DNA of 64,000 nucleotides from Acidobacteriota bacterium (GTDB lineage Bacteria; Acidobacteriota; Vicinamibacteria; Vicinamibacterales; UBA823): positions 138,580 to 202,579 of the forward strand of contig PCAK01000032.1 in assembly GCA_002730525.1 (NCBI GenBank), in the 5' to 3' direction. Below the pieces are notes generated by a model. The model did not search any database and was not told the origin of the DNA. It saw only the letters and a list, made by a program, of their open reading frames with translations. Shown piece after piece: positions 9,390 to 17,916 of the stretch (positions within the stretch are counted from its first letter, which is position 1; every line of letters begins with the position of its first letter). The translations under genes and the position numbers were made by a program.

Positions 9390-10657
9390 GCGTCGCGTCC
9401 GACCGCCGCGCCGACCTCGCGGCATGCGTCCACTGCGGATTCTGTCTGCCGACCTGTCCGACCTACGTCCTGTGGCGTCAGGAGATGGACTCGCCGCGCG
9501 GCCGGCTGCATCTGATGAAGGCCGAAGCCGACGGCCGCGTGCCGATCGCCGAGGCGCTTGTCGGGCGGATGGATGCCTGTCTCGGATGCCTGGCGTGCAC
9601 GACGGCCTGTCCGTCGGGCGTCGAGTACGGTCCGCTTATCGAACAGGCCCGCGCGGGCATTGAAGCGGAGTTCCGGCGTCCACTCGGCGACCGCCTGTTC
9701 AGGACCCTCCTGTTTCAGGCCCTGCCGTATCCCAGCCGACTAAGGTGGGTCGCCGCGCCGATGGCTGCCGTGGCTGCGATCGGCGACTGGCTCGACCGAC
9801 GTGGCTGGCTCGACTGGCTCCCGGCGAGGCTCTGCGCCCTCGTCCGGCTGGCGCCCCGGTCGGTGGCGGCGGGTGGGTCGTTGCCGGCGCGGACGCCGGC
9901 CCTCGGAACGCGACGGGCCACGGTCGGCCTGCTTACCGGATGCGTCCAGCGCGTCTTCTTCGGCGATGTCAACTGGGCCACCGCGCGCGTCCTTGCCGCC
10001 GAGGGATGCGATGTGGTCGTGCCGGGCGATCAAGGGTGCTGCGGAGCGCTGGCGTTGCACGCGGGGCGCGAGGATGAGGCCAGGGGATTCGCGCGTCGGT
10101 TGATCGCCGTGTTCGAGCGAAGTGGCGTCGATCGGATCGCGGTCAACGTCGCCGGGTGCGGCGCCGCGATGAAGGAGTACGGTCGGCTCTTCGCCGACGA
10201 CCCCGAATGGGCGGCGCGCGCCGCGGCGTTCGCCGCCCGCGTCGGCGACGTCTCGGAGGTGCTGGACGAGGTCGGGCCGGTGCGCGCCACGCGCCACCCG
10301 ATCGACGCCCGGGTCGCGTACCACGACCCGTGCCACCTCGCGCACGGCCAGGGCGTGCGCGCGCAACCGCGACGATTGCTCGAGGCGATTCCGGGTCTGA
10401 GTGTCGTGACCCCGGCCGAAGGTGAGTTGTGCTGCGGCAGCGCCGGCATCTACAACCTCGTGCAGCCCGAGGCGGCGGCCGCGCTGGGGGCCCGGAAGAT
10501 CGCCGCGATCACGGAACTCGACACCGATCTCGTGGCCACCGGGAACGCCGGCTGCCTGCTGCAGTTGGCCGCGGCCGGGCGGGCCGCGGGCCGGCCGATG
10601 CGCCTCGTCCACCCGATCGAGATTGTCGACGCGTCGATCCGCGGGACGCGGCCGTAG
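9386..10657 (+). CDS. glcF: glycolate oxidase iron-sulfur subunit GlcF
   Basis: ATGA overlap with the glcE stop. Two ferredoxin-type clusters (CVHCGFCLPTCP, CLGCLACTTACP) followed by CCG-type Cys-rich domains. Confidence 0.85.
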   Translation: MSVASDRRADLAACVHCGFCLPTCPTYVLWRQEMDSPRGRLHLMKAEADGRVPIAEALVGRMDACLGCLACTTACPSGVEYGPLIEQARAGIEAEFRRPLGDRLFRTLLFQALPYPSRLRWVAAPMAAVAAIGDWLDRRGWLDWLPARLCALVRLAPRSVAAGGSLPARTPALGTRRATVGLLTGCVQRVFFGDVNWATARVLAAEGCDVVVPGDQGCCGALALHAGREDEARGFARRLIAVFERSGVDRIAVNVAGCGAAMKEYGRLFADDPEWAARAAAFAARVGDVSEVLDEVGPVRATRHPIDARVAYHDPCHLAHGQGVRAQPRRLLEAIPGLSVVTPAEGELCCGSAGIYNLVQPEAAAALGARKIAAITELDTDLVATGNAGCLLQLAAAGRAAGRPMRLVHPIEIVDASIRGTRP

Positions 10658-10750
10658 GCGCGGGGCCGCTCACGGCGACGACGGTTCGGTCGCGCGAATC
10701 CGCTGGACCCGGATCAATCGCGGCTGCGTCGCGCTCAGCATCGCTCGTCG

Positions 10751-11509
10751 TCATGATGCCCGCGCCGACCGGTCGAGGGCATCGAGGGCGACCTCCGCCG
10801 GCGCCTGGATCGCGAGGTCGAGCGTGGCCGAGGCGGGGGGGGCTTCCGGGTTGATCTCGACGGTATAGGCGCCCCGCCGCTTCGCCTCGGGTGCCAGGGA
10901 AGCTGCCGGGTACACGACCGACGACGTGCCGATCGTCAAGAAGAGATCGCAGTCGAGGGCGGCCTCACACTGTTTCATTACCTCGGTGTCGAGCGACTCG
11001 CCGAACCAGACGACGCCGGGGCGGACGAGGCCGTCGCAGTGCGGGCATCGCGGCGGGAGCTCGACGAAATCGGCCCGGCGGTCTTCCCAGCGCGCCGGCG
11101 CGGCCGCGCAGCGATCCGAGCACTGGAGTTCCCAGAGTGACCCGTGCATCCTGACGACGCGGCGAGTGCCGGCGGCCTCGTGCAGGCCGTCGACGTTCTG
11201 GGTGATGAGGGTGAAGTCGGCGTAGTGCCGGCTCCAGCCGGAAATGACCTCGTGCGCCCGATTCGGCCGGCACGCCGCGATCGTCGATCGTCGCCAGGCA
11301 TACCACTCCCAGGCCAGAGCGGGGTCGCGTGCGAACGCCTCCGCGGTCGTCAGGGATTCCGGTCGGTGCTGCTTCCAGAGGCCGCCGGCCCCGCGGAAGG
11401 TCGGGACGCCACTGGCGGCCGAGACGCCGGCGCCGGTGAGGACGGTGACCCGGGTCGCGGCCGACAGCAGCTCGGCGAGCGGTGCGACGAGAGCGGCGAG
11501 CAATGCCAC
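10751..11509 (-). CDS. cobB: NAD-dependent protein deacylase, Sir2 family
   Basis: VTVLTGAGVSAASGVPTFRG, QNVDGLH, and zinc-ribbon Cys pairs (CSDRC ... CPHC). The start is uncertain: I chose the GTG at 11509, while the longest ORF runs to 11632. Confidence 0.8.
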   Translation of the reverse strand: MALLAALVAPLAELLSAATRVTVLTGAGVSAASGVPTFRGAGGLWKQHRPESLTTAEAFARDPALAWEWYAWRRSTIAACRPNRAHEVISGWSRHYADFTLITQNVDGLHEAAGTRRVVRMHGSLWELQCSDRCAAAPARWEDRRADFVELPPRCPHCDGLVRPGVVWFGESLDTEVMKQCEAALDCDLFLTIGTSSVVYPAASLAPEAKRRGAYTVEINPEAPPASATLDLAIQAPAEVALDALDRSARAS

Positions 11510-11673
11510 GGCTGCTACTCCAGGGGCTTCAGCGCGCCGAGCATCGTCGGAATCAGTTCGGTGATCGTCGGGTGGGCATCGGGTGTCGCCCTCTCGTCGG
11601 CAGGTTCCCGTCATCGCGTTCGAACACGACATAATAGCGAAATGGCGAAGGGGAAGCGATTGACCGCCTCACC

Positions 11674-13464
11674 GTGGATGCTGTTCGGACCTGGCCGTCC
11701 GGCTTGCCGGGTGACCAGATGAGCGATCTCGCGGTCGAGCGGCAGGCGATATCGGGCGATGTGGCGTTCACGGGCGCACTGCGCGACGCCTCGGCCGACT
11801 GGGAGACGCGCGCGCGCGTCGCCCGGCTCTGGGCGAAGGACGCCACGCTCTGGACCGGTGGCGACGAGGCCGACTGGCTGGGCTGGCTCGACATCGTGCC
11901 GGCCCAGCAGGCGCGCGGTTCCCACTTCAGGGCGCTGTCGAGTCATGCCGCGCGAGGGGGGTTCACCGACGCGGTCGTGCTCGGCATGGGCGGCTCCAGT
12001 CTCTGTGCCGACGTCCTCAGTCGCAGCCTCGGTCCCGTCGACGGTGCGCCCCGACTGCGGGTCCTCGATTCGACCGACCCGGCCCAGGTTGCATCGGTTG
12101 AGGCCGCGGTCGACCTCGAACGCTGTCTGTTCATCGTCGCCAGCAAGTCCGGGACGACGCTCGAGCCGAGTCTCTTCGGGGACTACTTCTACGGGCTGGT
12201 GGAGGCGCGGCTGGGCGATCGCGCGGGAGAGCACTTCCTCGCCGTGACCGATCCAGGCTCGCGGCTCGAGGTGTTGGCAAAGCGGCGGCGATTCCATTCA
12301 GTCGCCCCGGGCGTCAGGAGCATCGGTGGACGCTACTCGGCGCTGTCCGACTTCGGCCTGGTGCCGGCCGCCGTCATGGGCCTCGACGTCGAACGCCTCC
12401 TGGCGTGCGCGGCGGAGATGGCGAGCGCGTGCGGCGTCGACCGGCCGGTTGCGAGCAATCCGGGCGTGCAACTCGGCCTGGCACTCGGCCTCGCCGCACG
12501 CGCCGGGCGTGACAAGGTCACCTTCGCCCTGTCGAACGGTCTGCTCCCGCTGGGTGCCTGGCTGGAGCAGTTACTGGCCGAGTCGACCGGCAAGCGCGGC
12601 CTCGGGCTCATCCCGGTCGATGGCGAGCCCGCCGGCTCGCCGGAGGTCTACGGTGCCGACCGGGTGTTCGTGTCGATCCGGTTGACAGCTGAGGGCGGCG
12701 AGAGCGACGACGCAGAGGCCGAACATGCTGCTGCGATCGACGCGCTGGAGGCGACCGGGCACCCGGTCGTCCGGATCACGCTTGGCGACCGGTACGACCT
12801 GGCGGGAGAGTTCTTCCGGTGGGAGATCGCGACGGCCGTTGCCGGCGCGGTGCTCGCAATCAATCCGTTCGATCAACCCGACGTCGAGGCCGGCAAGGTC
12901 GCTACCCGGGCGCTGACCGACGCGTACGAGACGTCGGGGCGCCTGCCTTCGGAGACGGCGTTCGCCGCGGATGACGACTTCACCCTGTTCGCCGACGACT
13001 TGAATCGCGAAGCGCTGAGCGTGGCGGGGGCCACCTCGCCCGCCGCTGTGCTGCGGGCCCACCTCGGCCGACTCGGCGCGGGCGACTACTTTGCCTTGCT
13101 CGCCTACTTGGAGATGCAACCGGCGCACGAGGCGGCGCTCGGTCGGATGCGCCAGAGTGTCCGCGACCGGACGCGGGCCGCGACCTGTGTCGGGTTCGGC
13201 CCGCGCTATCTCCACTCGAGCGGCCAGGCCTACAAGGGTGGCCCGAACAGCGGCGTGTTCCTTCAAATCACCGCGGAGGATGCGGTCGACCTGCCGATTC
13301 CGGGCCGGGCATACTCATTCGGCGTCGTGAAGGCGGCACAGGCCAGGGGTGACTTCGACGTCCTCGCGGAGCGGAAGCGCCGCCTGCTGCGCGTGCACCT
13401 CGGTGCGGACGTGACCGCCGGCCTGGCGTCGCTGGAGCGGGCGGTGCTGGACGCCCTGGCCTGA
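11674..13464 (+). CDS. pgi: glucose-6-phosphate isomerase (PGI type found fused to transaldolase in some lineages)
   Basis: RLWAKDATLWTGGDEADWLGWLD N-terminal motif, SIS-domain segments (VVLGMGGSSL, IVASKSGTTLE, IGGRYSALS). An alternative start is the ATG at 11719. Confidence 0.8.
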   Translation: MDAVRTWPSGLPGDQMSDLAVERQAISGDVAFTGALRDASADWETRARVARLWAKDATLWTGGDEADWLGWLDIVPAQQARGSHFRALSSHAARGGFTDAVVLGMGGSSLCADVLSRSLGPVDGAPRLRVLDSTDPAQVASVEAAVDLERCLFIVASKSGTTLEPSLFGDYFYGLVEARLGDRAGEHFLAVTDPGSRLEVLAKRRRFHSVAPGVRSIGGRYSALSDFGLVPAAVMGLDVERLLACAAEMASACGVDRPVASNPGVQLGLALGLAARAGRDKVTFALSNGLLPLGAWLEQLLAESTGKRGLGLIPVDGEPAGSPEVYGADRVFVSIRLTAEGGESDDAEAEHAAAIDALEATGHPVVRITLGDRYDLAGEFFRWEIATAVAGAVLAINPFDQPDVEAGKVATRALTDAYETSGRLPSETAFAADDDFTLFADDLNREALSVAGATSPAAVLRAHLGRLGAGDYFALLAYLEMQPAHEAALGRMRQSVRDRTRAATCVGFGPRYLHSSGQAYKGGPNSGVFLQITAEDAVDLPIPGRAYSFGVVKAAQARGDFDVLAERKRRLLRVHLGADVTAGLASLERAVLDALA

Positions 13465-13487
13465 CCTGGCGCTAGACGAGGAGGCAG

Positions 13488-14303
13488 ATGCAACTGGGAA
13501 TGGTGGGTCTCGGACGGATGGGCGCGAACATGGTGCGGCGCCTCATGGCGGGCGGTCATCGGTGCGTCGTGTTCGACCTCGACGCGAAAGCGGTCGAACG
13601 GATGGCGGCCGATGGCGCGAAAGGGGCCGTGTCGCTCGATAGCCTCGTCGAGGCGCTGGACCCGCCGCGGGCCGTCCGGGGGCAGTACGGGCCGGGGACC
13701 GGCGCCGACGGCGGTGACGTGCCCGGGTATCGTGCCGAGCCGAGCGTCGAGCCCGGGTCCGATACCGAGACCTTCGTCGCGTTGAAGCTGCTGGTCGACA
13801 ACTGGCGGTGGGCCGGCGTGCCGTTCTATCTCCGCACCGGGAAGCGGATGCCGGCCCGGTTGACAGAGATCGCCATCCAGTTCAAGCGCGCGCCGTTCAT
13901 GATGTTCCGCGAGACGGCGGTGGAACAGTTGGCACCGAACACGCTGGTGATGCGGATTCAGCCCGACGAAGGGATCTCACTCCACTTCGGCGCGAAGATG
14001 CCGTCAGCCGCGTTGCAGATCGGCGGTGTCGACATGGACTTCTCGTATACCGACTACTTCGGCCGGATGCGGTCGACCGGCTACGAGACGCTGCTGTACG
14101 ACGCGATGAAGGGCGACCCCACGCTGTTCCAGCGGGCGGACAACGCCGAGGCGGGATGGCGGACCGTCTCGCCGATTCTCGATGTCTGGGGCGCACTCCC
14201 GGCGCGCGACTTTGCGAACTACGCCGCGGGCGACGCTGGGCCGTCGGCCGCCGACGAATTGCTCGCCCGGGACGGCCGTCGCTGGCGGCCTCTCGGCCGG
14301 TAG
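13488..14303 (+). pseudogene. in-frame chimera: N-terminal ~63 aa of a 6-phosphogluconate dehydrogenase-like protein fused to the C-terminal ~205 aa of glucose-6-phosphate dehydrogenase
   Basis: Residues 1-63 ([31 protein letters not shown]...PPRAV) form a Gnd/YqeC-type Rossmann N-terminus. From RGQYGPG...[30 protein letters not shown] onward the sequence is the Zwf C-terminal domain. The junction is near nt 13672-13680. A good RBS (GAGGAGG) precedes the ATG. Confidence 0.7.
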
Positions 14304-14312
14304 CGAGCGGCG

Positions 14313-14939
14313 TCAGATGACACCCAGGTACCCGAGTCCGTCGCGCGCGAACTTCAACGCGTAGACGAAGAGCCCCACGCCGAGTCCGCGGAGCGTGTAG
14401 CGGTAGGCCGCGCCCTCCAGAAACGATCGGCCGCGGGATGCCACGACGGCGAACGTGATCTTGGCTCCGACCAGGCAGACGTACAGACCGACCAGGAAAA
14501 GGGCGACGAACGACCAACCGGCCCGATGCGCGACGAAGATTGTCGGCGCGCCGACGGTGAACCAGAACAGATACGGGTTGGGGTTCGCAAGGTTGGTGAG
14601 CATCCCCTTCCGCAGCGAACCGGGTGCCTGGGCGTTCAGGCTCGCCACCGGCGCCTTGAAGACCAGGCTCTGGTAGGCGAGGTAGCTGAGGAAGGCCGCG
14701 CCCGTGAGCGCGATCACCCCGAGGGCCAGGCCCGTGTCGTCGAGCCGGCCGATGAAGAGCAGGGCGGCCAGGGCGATCGGCGCGTCGGTCAGGAGCGGCG
14801 CGATCGCGACCTTCAGGCCTTCACCCAGGCCGTAGCGGAGGCTCTGGACGATGACGAGCATCGTGACCGGGCCAGGAGCGAAGCCGCCAGCGAGCCCGAC
14901 CAGCGCGCCGGCGACGAGAAATGACCAGCCGTCGGACAT
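14313..14939 (-). CDS. LysE/RhtB-family amino-acid exporter
   Basis: 208-aa six-helix protein with GPVTMLVI, LANPNPYLFW and related LysE-family motifs. The true start is the ATG at 14939; the longer ORF-track version reads through the tRNA. Confidence 0.8.
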   Translation of the reverse strand: MSDGWSFLVAGALVGLAGGFAPGPVTMLVIVQSLRYGLGEGLKVAIAPLLTDAPIALAALLFIGRLDDTGLALGVIALTGAAFLSYLAYQSLVFKAPVASLNAQAPGSLRKGMLTNLANPNPYLFWFTVGAPTIFVAHRAGWSFVALFLVGLYVCLVGAKITFAVVASRGRSFLEGAAYRYTLRGLGVGLFVYALKFARDGLGYLGVI

Positions 14940-14962
14940 GCCGTGCGCGGCCTCAGAAACAG

Positions 14963-14998
14963 GAAAGGGGTCGAAGCTTGTTCGCCTCGACCCCTTTC
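14963..14998 (-). terminator. hairpin immediately downstream of tRNA-fMet
   Basis: 12-bp stem GAAAGGGGTCGA / TCGACCCCTTTC with a 12-nt loop. On the minus strand it is followed by CTGTTTCTG. Confidence 0.5.
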
Positions 14999-15004
14999 GG
15001 AAGT

Positions 15005-15081
<77 letters not shown>

Positions 15082-15087
15082 TCAGAG

Positions 15088-15118
15088 ATTATACGCCCGC
15101 TACCGTCGTGTCTGGCAA
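15088..15118 (-). promoter_or_regulatory. sigma70-like promoter for tRNA-fMet
   Basis: On the minus strand: TTGCCA, a 19-nt spacer, then a perfect TATAAT, with the -10 ending 6 nt before tRNA position 1. The spacer is slightly long. Confidence 0.5.
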
Positions 15119-15195
15119 GGACAGGCGAATCCCGATGGTAACATGCGCCGTTCGAGAGGGTCAACGACGCGGCGCGCGATCGGCGCGCCGTCTGG

Positions 15196-15561
15196 CTACT
15201 CGAGCCGGCGGGACGCCGGCTCGACGTCTTTGATGATGAACAGGATCTCGCCCGGACTGAGCAAGCCGAGGTCGCGCCGCGCGATCGCCTCGATCGCCCT
15301 GGGATCCTCGCGCAAGCGCCTGGCCTCCTCTCGCAGTCGGGCGTTCTCCTGACGCTGCTGGGCGATCTCGGCCTGGAGGGCGGCATCCCGACGGCGCGCC
15401 CGCAAGGTTTCCAGTAAGCCGCGCTCGCCGATAATCGCATCCGCCAGCAGGATGCTCGTCACGAACACCAGCAAGAGCTGGAGCGTCCGTCGGCTGCGGG
15501 GGGGAGGCGGCTTGCGTCGGGCGTTGCGGCGAGGGGCGCGAGGCAGTTCAATCTTCGGCAT
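15196..15561 (-). CDS. ftsB: septum formation initiator family protein (FtsB/DivIC-like)
   Basis: 121 aa: basic N-terminus, one TM helix (LQLLLVFVTSILLADAII), a coiled coil, and the conserved DPRAIEAIARRDLGLLSPGEILF C-terminal motif. Confidence 0.8.
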   Translation of the reverse strand: MPKIELPRAPRRNARRKPPPPRSRRTLQLLLVFVTSILLADAIIGERGLLETLRARRRDAALQAEIAQQRQENARLREEARRLREDPRAIEAIARRDLGLLSPGEILFIIKDVEPASRRLE

Positions 15562-15678
15562 GGCGCAAACGGTCGTACTCCTGGTGTTTCGGCCGCAGGC
15601 TCCGGGGCGAATAGGGTGCGGGCTCGGTCGGCGGTGCGGGTCTTCAGACCCGCGAAGGCCGGCCGGACGGAGGGCAGC

Positions 15679-16002
15679 GTGAGCGCAGACAGATGTGTCA
15701 TCGTCCTGACGACGATGCCGACGGCGGACGCGGCGGATCGCCTCGCGACGACGCTGGTCGAGGAGCGGCTGGCCGCGTGCGTGAACATCCTCCCCGAGAT
15801 GCGGTCGGTCTACCGCTGGGACGGGCAGATCGAGCGGGGCACCGAACACCAGATCGTCATGAAGACGACACCCGGGAAGGTCGGGGCGCTGCACGCCAGG
15901 GTGGAGGCGCTGCATCCGTACGCCGTGGCCGAGATCCTCGACATCCAGGCGAGTGGCGGCGGCGCGGCCTACCTAAAGTGGGTGACGGAGTCGGTGGGCT
16001 GA
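15679..16002 (+). CDS. cutA: divalent-cation tolerance protein CutA
   Basis: CVIVLTTMP...LVEERLAACVNILP..SVYRWDGQIE..EHQIVMKT...HPY..AEIL pattern. The GTG at 15679 is preceded by GGAGGG; the ORF-track ATG at 15616 is an alternative. Confidence 0.8.
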   Translation: MSADRCVIVLTTMPTADAADRLATTLVEERLAACVNILPEMRSVYRWDGQIERGTEHQIVMKTTPGKVGALHARVEALHPYAVAEILDIQASGGGAAYLKWVTESVG

Positions 16003-16026
16003 ACGACGGGTGGCCGCGAGTGGGCT

Positions 16027-16647
16027 CTAGAGCAGCCGAATGACCAGGAAGCCGCCGACGAGCAGGGCGAGAAACAGGAGCGCCGCCAGGTCGAAGTGAC
16101 GCTCGATGGAGTGCCGGACGCGCGGCCCCCAGATCCGGAGAATCGTCGAGACCAGGAAGAACCGGCCGGATCGGCCGACGAAGCTGACGAGCAGGAACGG
16201 CCAGAACGCCATCCCCGTGGCGCCCGCGGCGATCGTCGCGACCTTGAACGGAATCGGGGTGAAGGCGGCACCGGCCAGGAACCAGACGCCCCAGACCCCG
16301 GTGTAGATCCCCACGACCTGCTCCCAGCGCGCCTGGGCGCCGTAGAAGTCGACGATCGGCTGTCCGGCGGTGGCCATGAACACAGCGCCGATCAGGTAGC
16401 CGATGGCGGCGCCGGCCACCGAGCCGGCGGCGCAGAGCCCGGCGGCCTGCAGCCAGCGCTTCGGATTCGCGGCGACGATGGCGATCAACAGGACGTCGGG
16501 CGGGATCGGGAAGACCGAGCTTTCAGCGACGGCGATGGCGAACAGCGCCGCGAGGCTGACGGGTGTGTCCGCCCAGTGCATCGTCCAGTCGTACATGCCT
16601 CGGAGCCATCGGCGTGGTGCGTTGAGGACAGCGAGCGTGGGAGCCAT
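16027..16647 (-). CDS. YqaA/DedA (SNARE-associated) family membrane protein
   Basis: 206 aa. ESSVFPIPPDVLL motif and four or five TM helices. The start is the ATG at 16647. Confidence 0.7.
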   Translation of the reverse strand: MAPTLAVLNAPRRWLRGMYDWTMHWADTPVSLAALFAIAVAESSVFPIPPDVLLIAIVAANPKRWLQAAGLCAAGSVAGAAIGYLIGAVFMATAGQPIVDFYGAQARWEQVVGIYTGVWGVWFLAGAAFTPIPFKVATIAAGATGMAFWPFLLVSFVGRSGRFFLVSTILRIWGPRVRHSIERHFDLAALLFLALLVGGFLVIRLL

Positions 16648-16664
16648 CGGACGGCGGAGAGCCC

Positions 16665-17819
16665 CTAGGCGTCCAGCGCCTGGCGGAGGTCGGCTTCCAG
16701 ATCGGCGAAGTCCTCGATGCCGACCGAGAGGCGCACGAGGCCGTCGGTAATGCCGCGGGCCCGGCGCGCGTCCGCGGGGACCGAGGCGTGGGTCATCGTC
16801 GCCGGGTGACTGATCAGACTTTCGACTCCGCCGAGGCTCTCGGCGAGCGAGAAGACGCCGACGCTCTCGAGCACCCGGCGCGCCGCCTCGAGCGATCCCA
16901 GCTCGAAGGCGACCATGCCGCCGAAACCGTTCATCTGGCGTCGCGCCAGCTCGTGCTGTCGATGATCCGGAAGGCCGGGGTAGAAGACGCGCCCAACCTT
17001 CGGGTGGTCCGCGAGGCACTGCGCCAGGGCGAGGCCGCTGGCGTTGTGCTGCGCCATCCTGAGAGCCAGGGTCTTCGTGCCTCGAAGCAAGAGCCACGAG
17101 TCGAACGGGCTGAGGATGGCGCCGGCGGCATTCTGGACGAACCGCAGCCACTCGATATGGTCGTCGCGAGCGGCCACGACCATGCCCCCGACGCTGTCGG
17201 CGTGCCCGTTTAGATACTTCGTGGTGCTGTGCACGACGAGGTCGGCGCCGTGCTCGAGTGGCCGTTGCACATACGGGCTGGCGAACGTGTTGTCCACGAC
17301 GAATGCGACATCGCGCGCGCGTGTGATTTCCGCCGCGGCCGCCAGGTCGGTCAGGTCCAGCACGGGGTTCGCAGGCGTCTCGACGAACAGCATCTTCGTG
17401 GCCGGGGTCATGGCGGCGACGGTCCGAGTTAGGTCGCTCGTGTCGACGTACGAGAAGTCGAGCTGGTACCGCCGGCCGACCTGTTCGAAGAGTCGATAGG
17501 TGCCGCCGTAGGTGTTCTCGGTCACGACGACGTGGTCGCCGGCGCGCAGCAGGGTCGACACCGCATCGATGGCCGCCATCCCCGAGGCAAACGCAATGCC
17601 GGCCTTGCCGCCTTCCAGCGCCGCGATGTTAGCTTCGACCGCTTCCCGCGTCGGGTTCTGGGTGCGTGAGTACTCGTAGCCCTTGTGCTGCCCGAGGGCG
17701 TCCTGCACGTAGGTCGAGGTCTGGTAGATCGGCGTGACGATCGCGCCCGTCGTGGGGTCGGGGTGCTGCCCGGCGTGCACGCACAGCGTCTTGAAACGGG
17801 AAGTGGGGCGGTTCGTCAC
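16665..17819 (-). CDS. Cys/Met-metabolism PLP-dependent enzyme (cystathionine gamma-lyase / gamma-synthase / methionine gamma-lyase family)
   Basis: 384 aa with a HSTTKYLNGHADSVGG PLP-lysine motif and family-typical N-terminus (TLCVHAGQ..DP.TGA...PIYQTSTY). Confidence 0.85.
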   Translation of the reverse strand: MTNRPTSRFKTLCVHAGQHPDPTTGAIVTPIYQTSTYVQDALGQHKGYEYSRTQNPTREAVEANIAALEGGKAGIAFASGMAAIDAVSTLLRAGDHVVVTENTYGGTYRLFEQVGRRYQLDFSYVDTSDLTRTVAAMTPATKMLFVETPANPVLDLTDLAAAAEITRARDVAFVVDNTFASPYVQRPLEHGADLVVHSTTKYLNGHADSVGGMVVAARDDHIEWLRFVQNAAGAILSPFDSWLLLRGTKTLALRMAQHNASGLALAQCLADHPKVGRVFYPGLPDHRQHELARRQMNGFGGMVAFELGSLEAARRVLESVGVFSLAESLGGVESLISHPATMTHASVPADARRARGITDGLVRLSVGIEDFADLEADLRQALDA

Positions 17820-17916
17820 GTGAAATCCTCGCGGCCGTCCGATGTCATCAGCCGCGGCGGTCGCGCCAGGCGGCGGCAGCTACGATACATCTGATATATT
17901 TCGTTTTCAAACCGCC

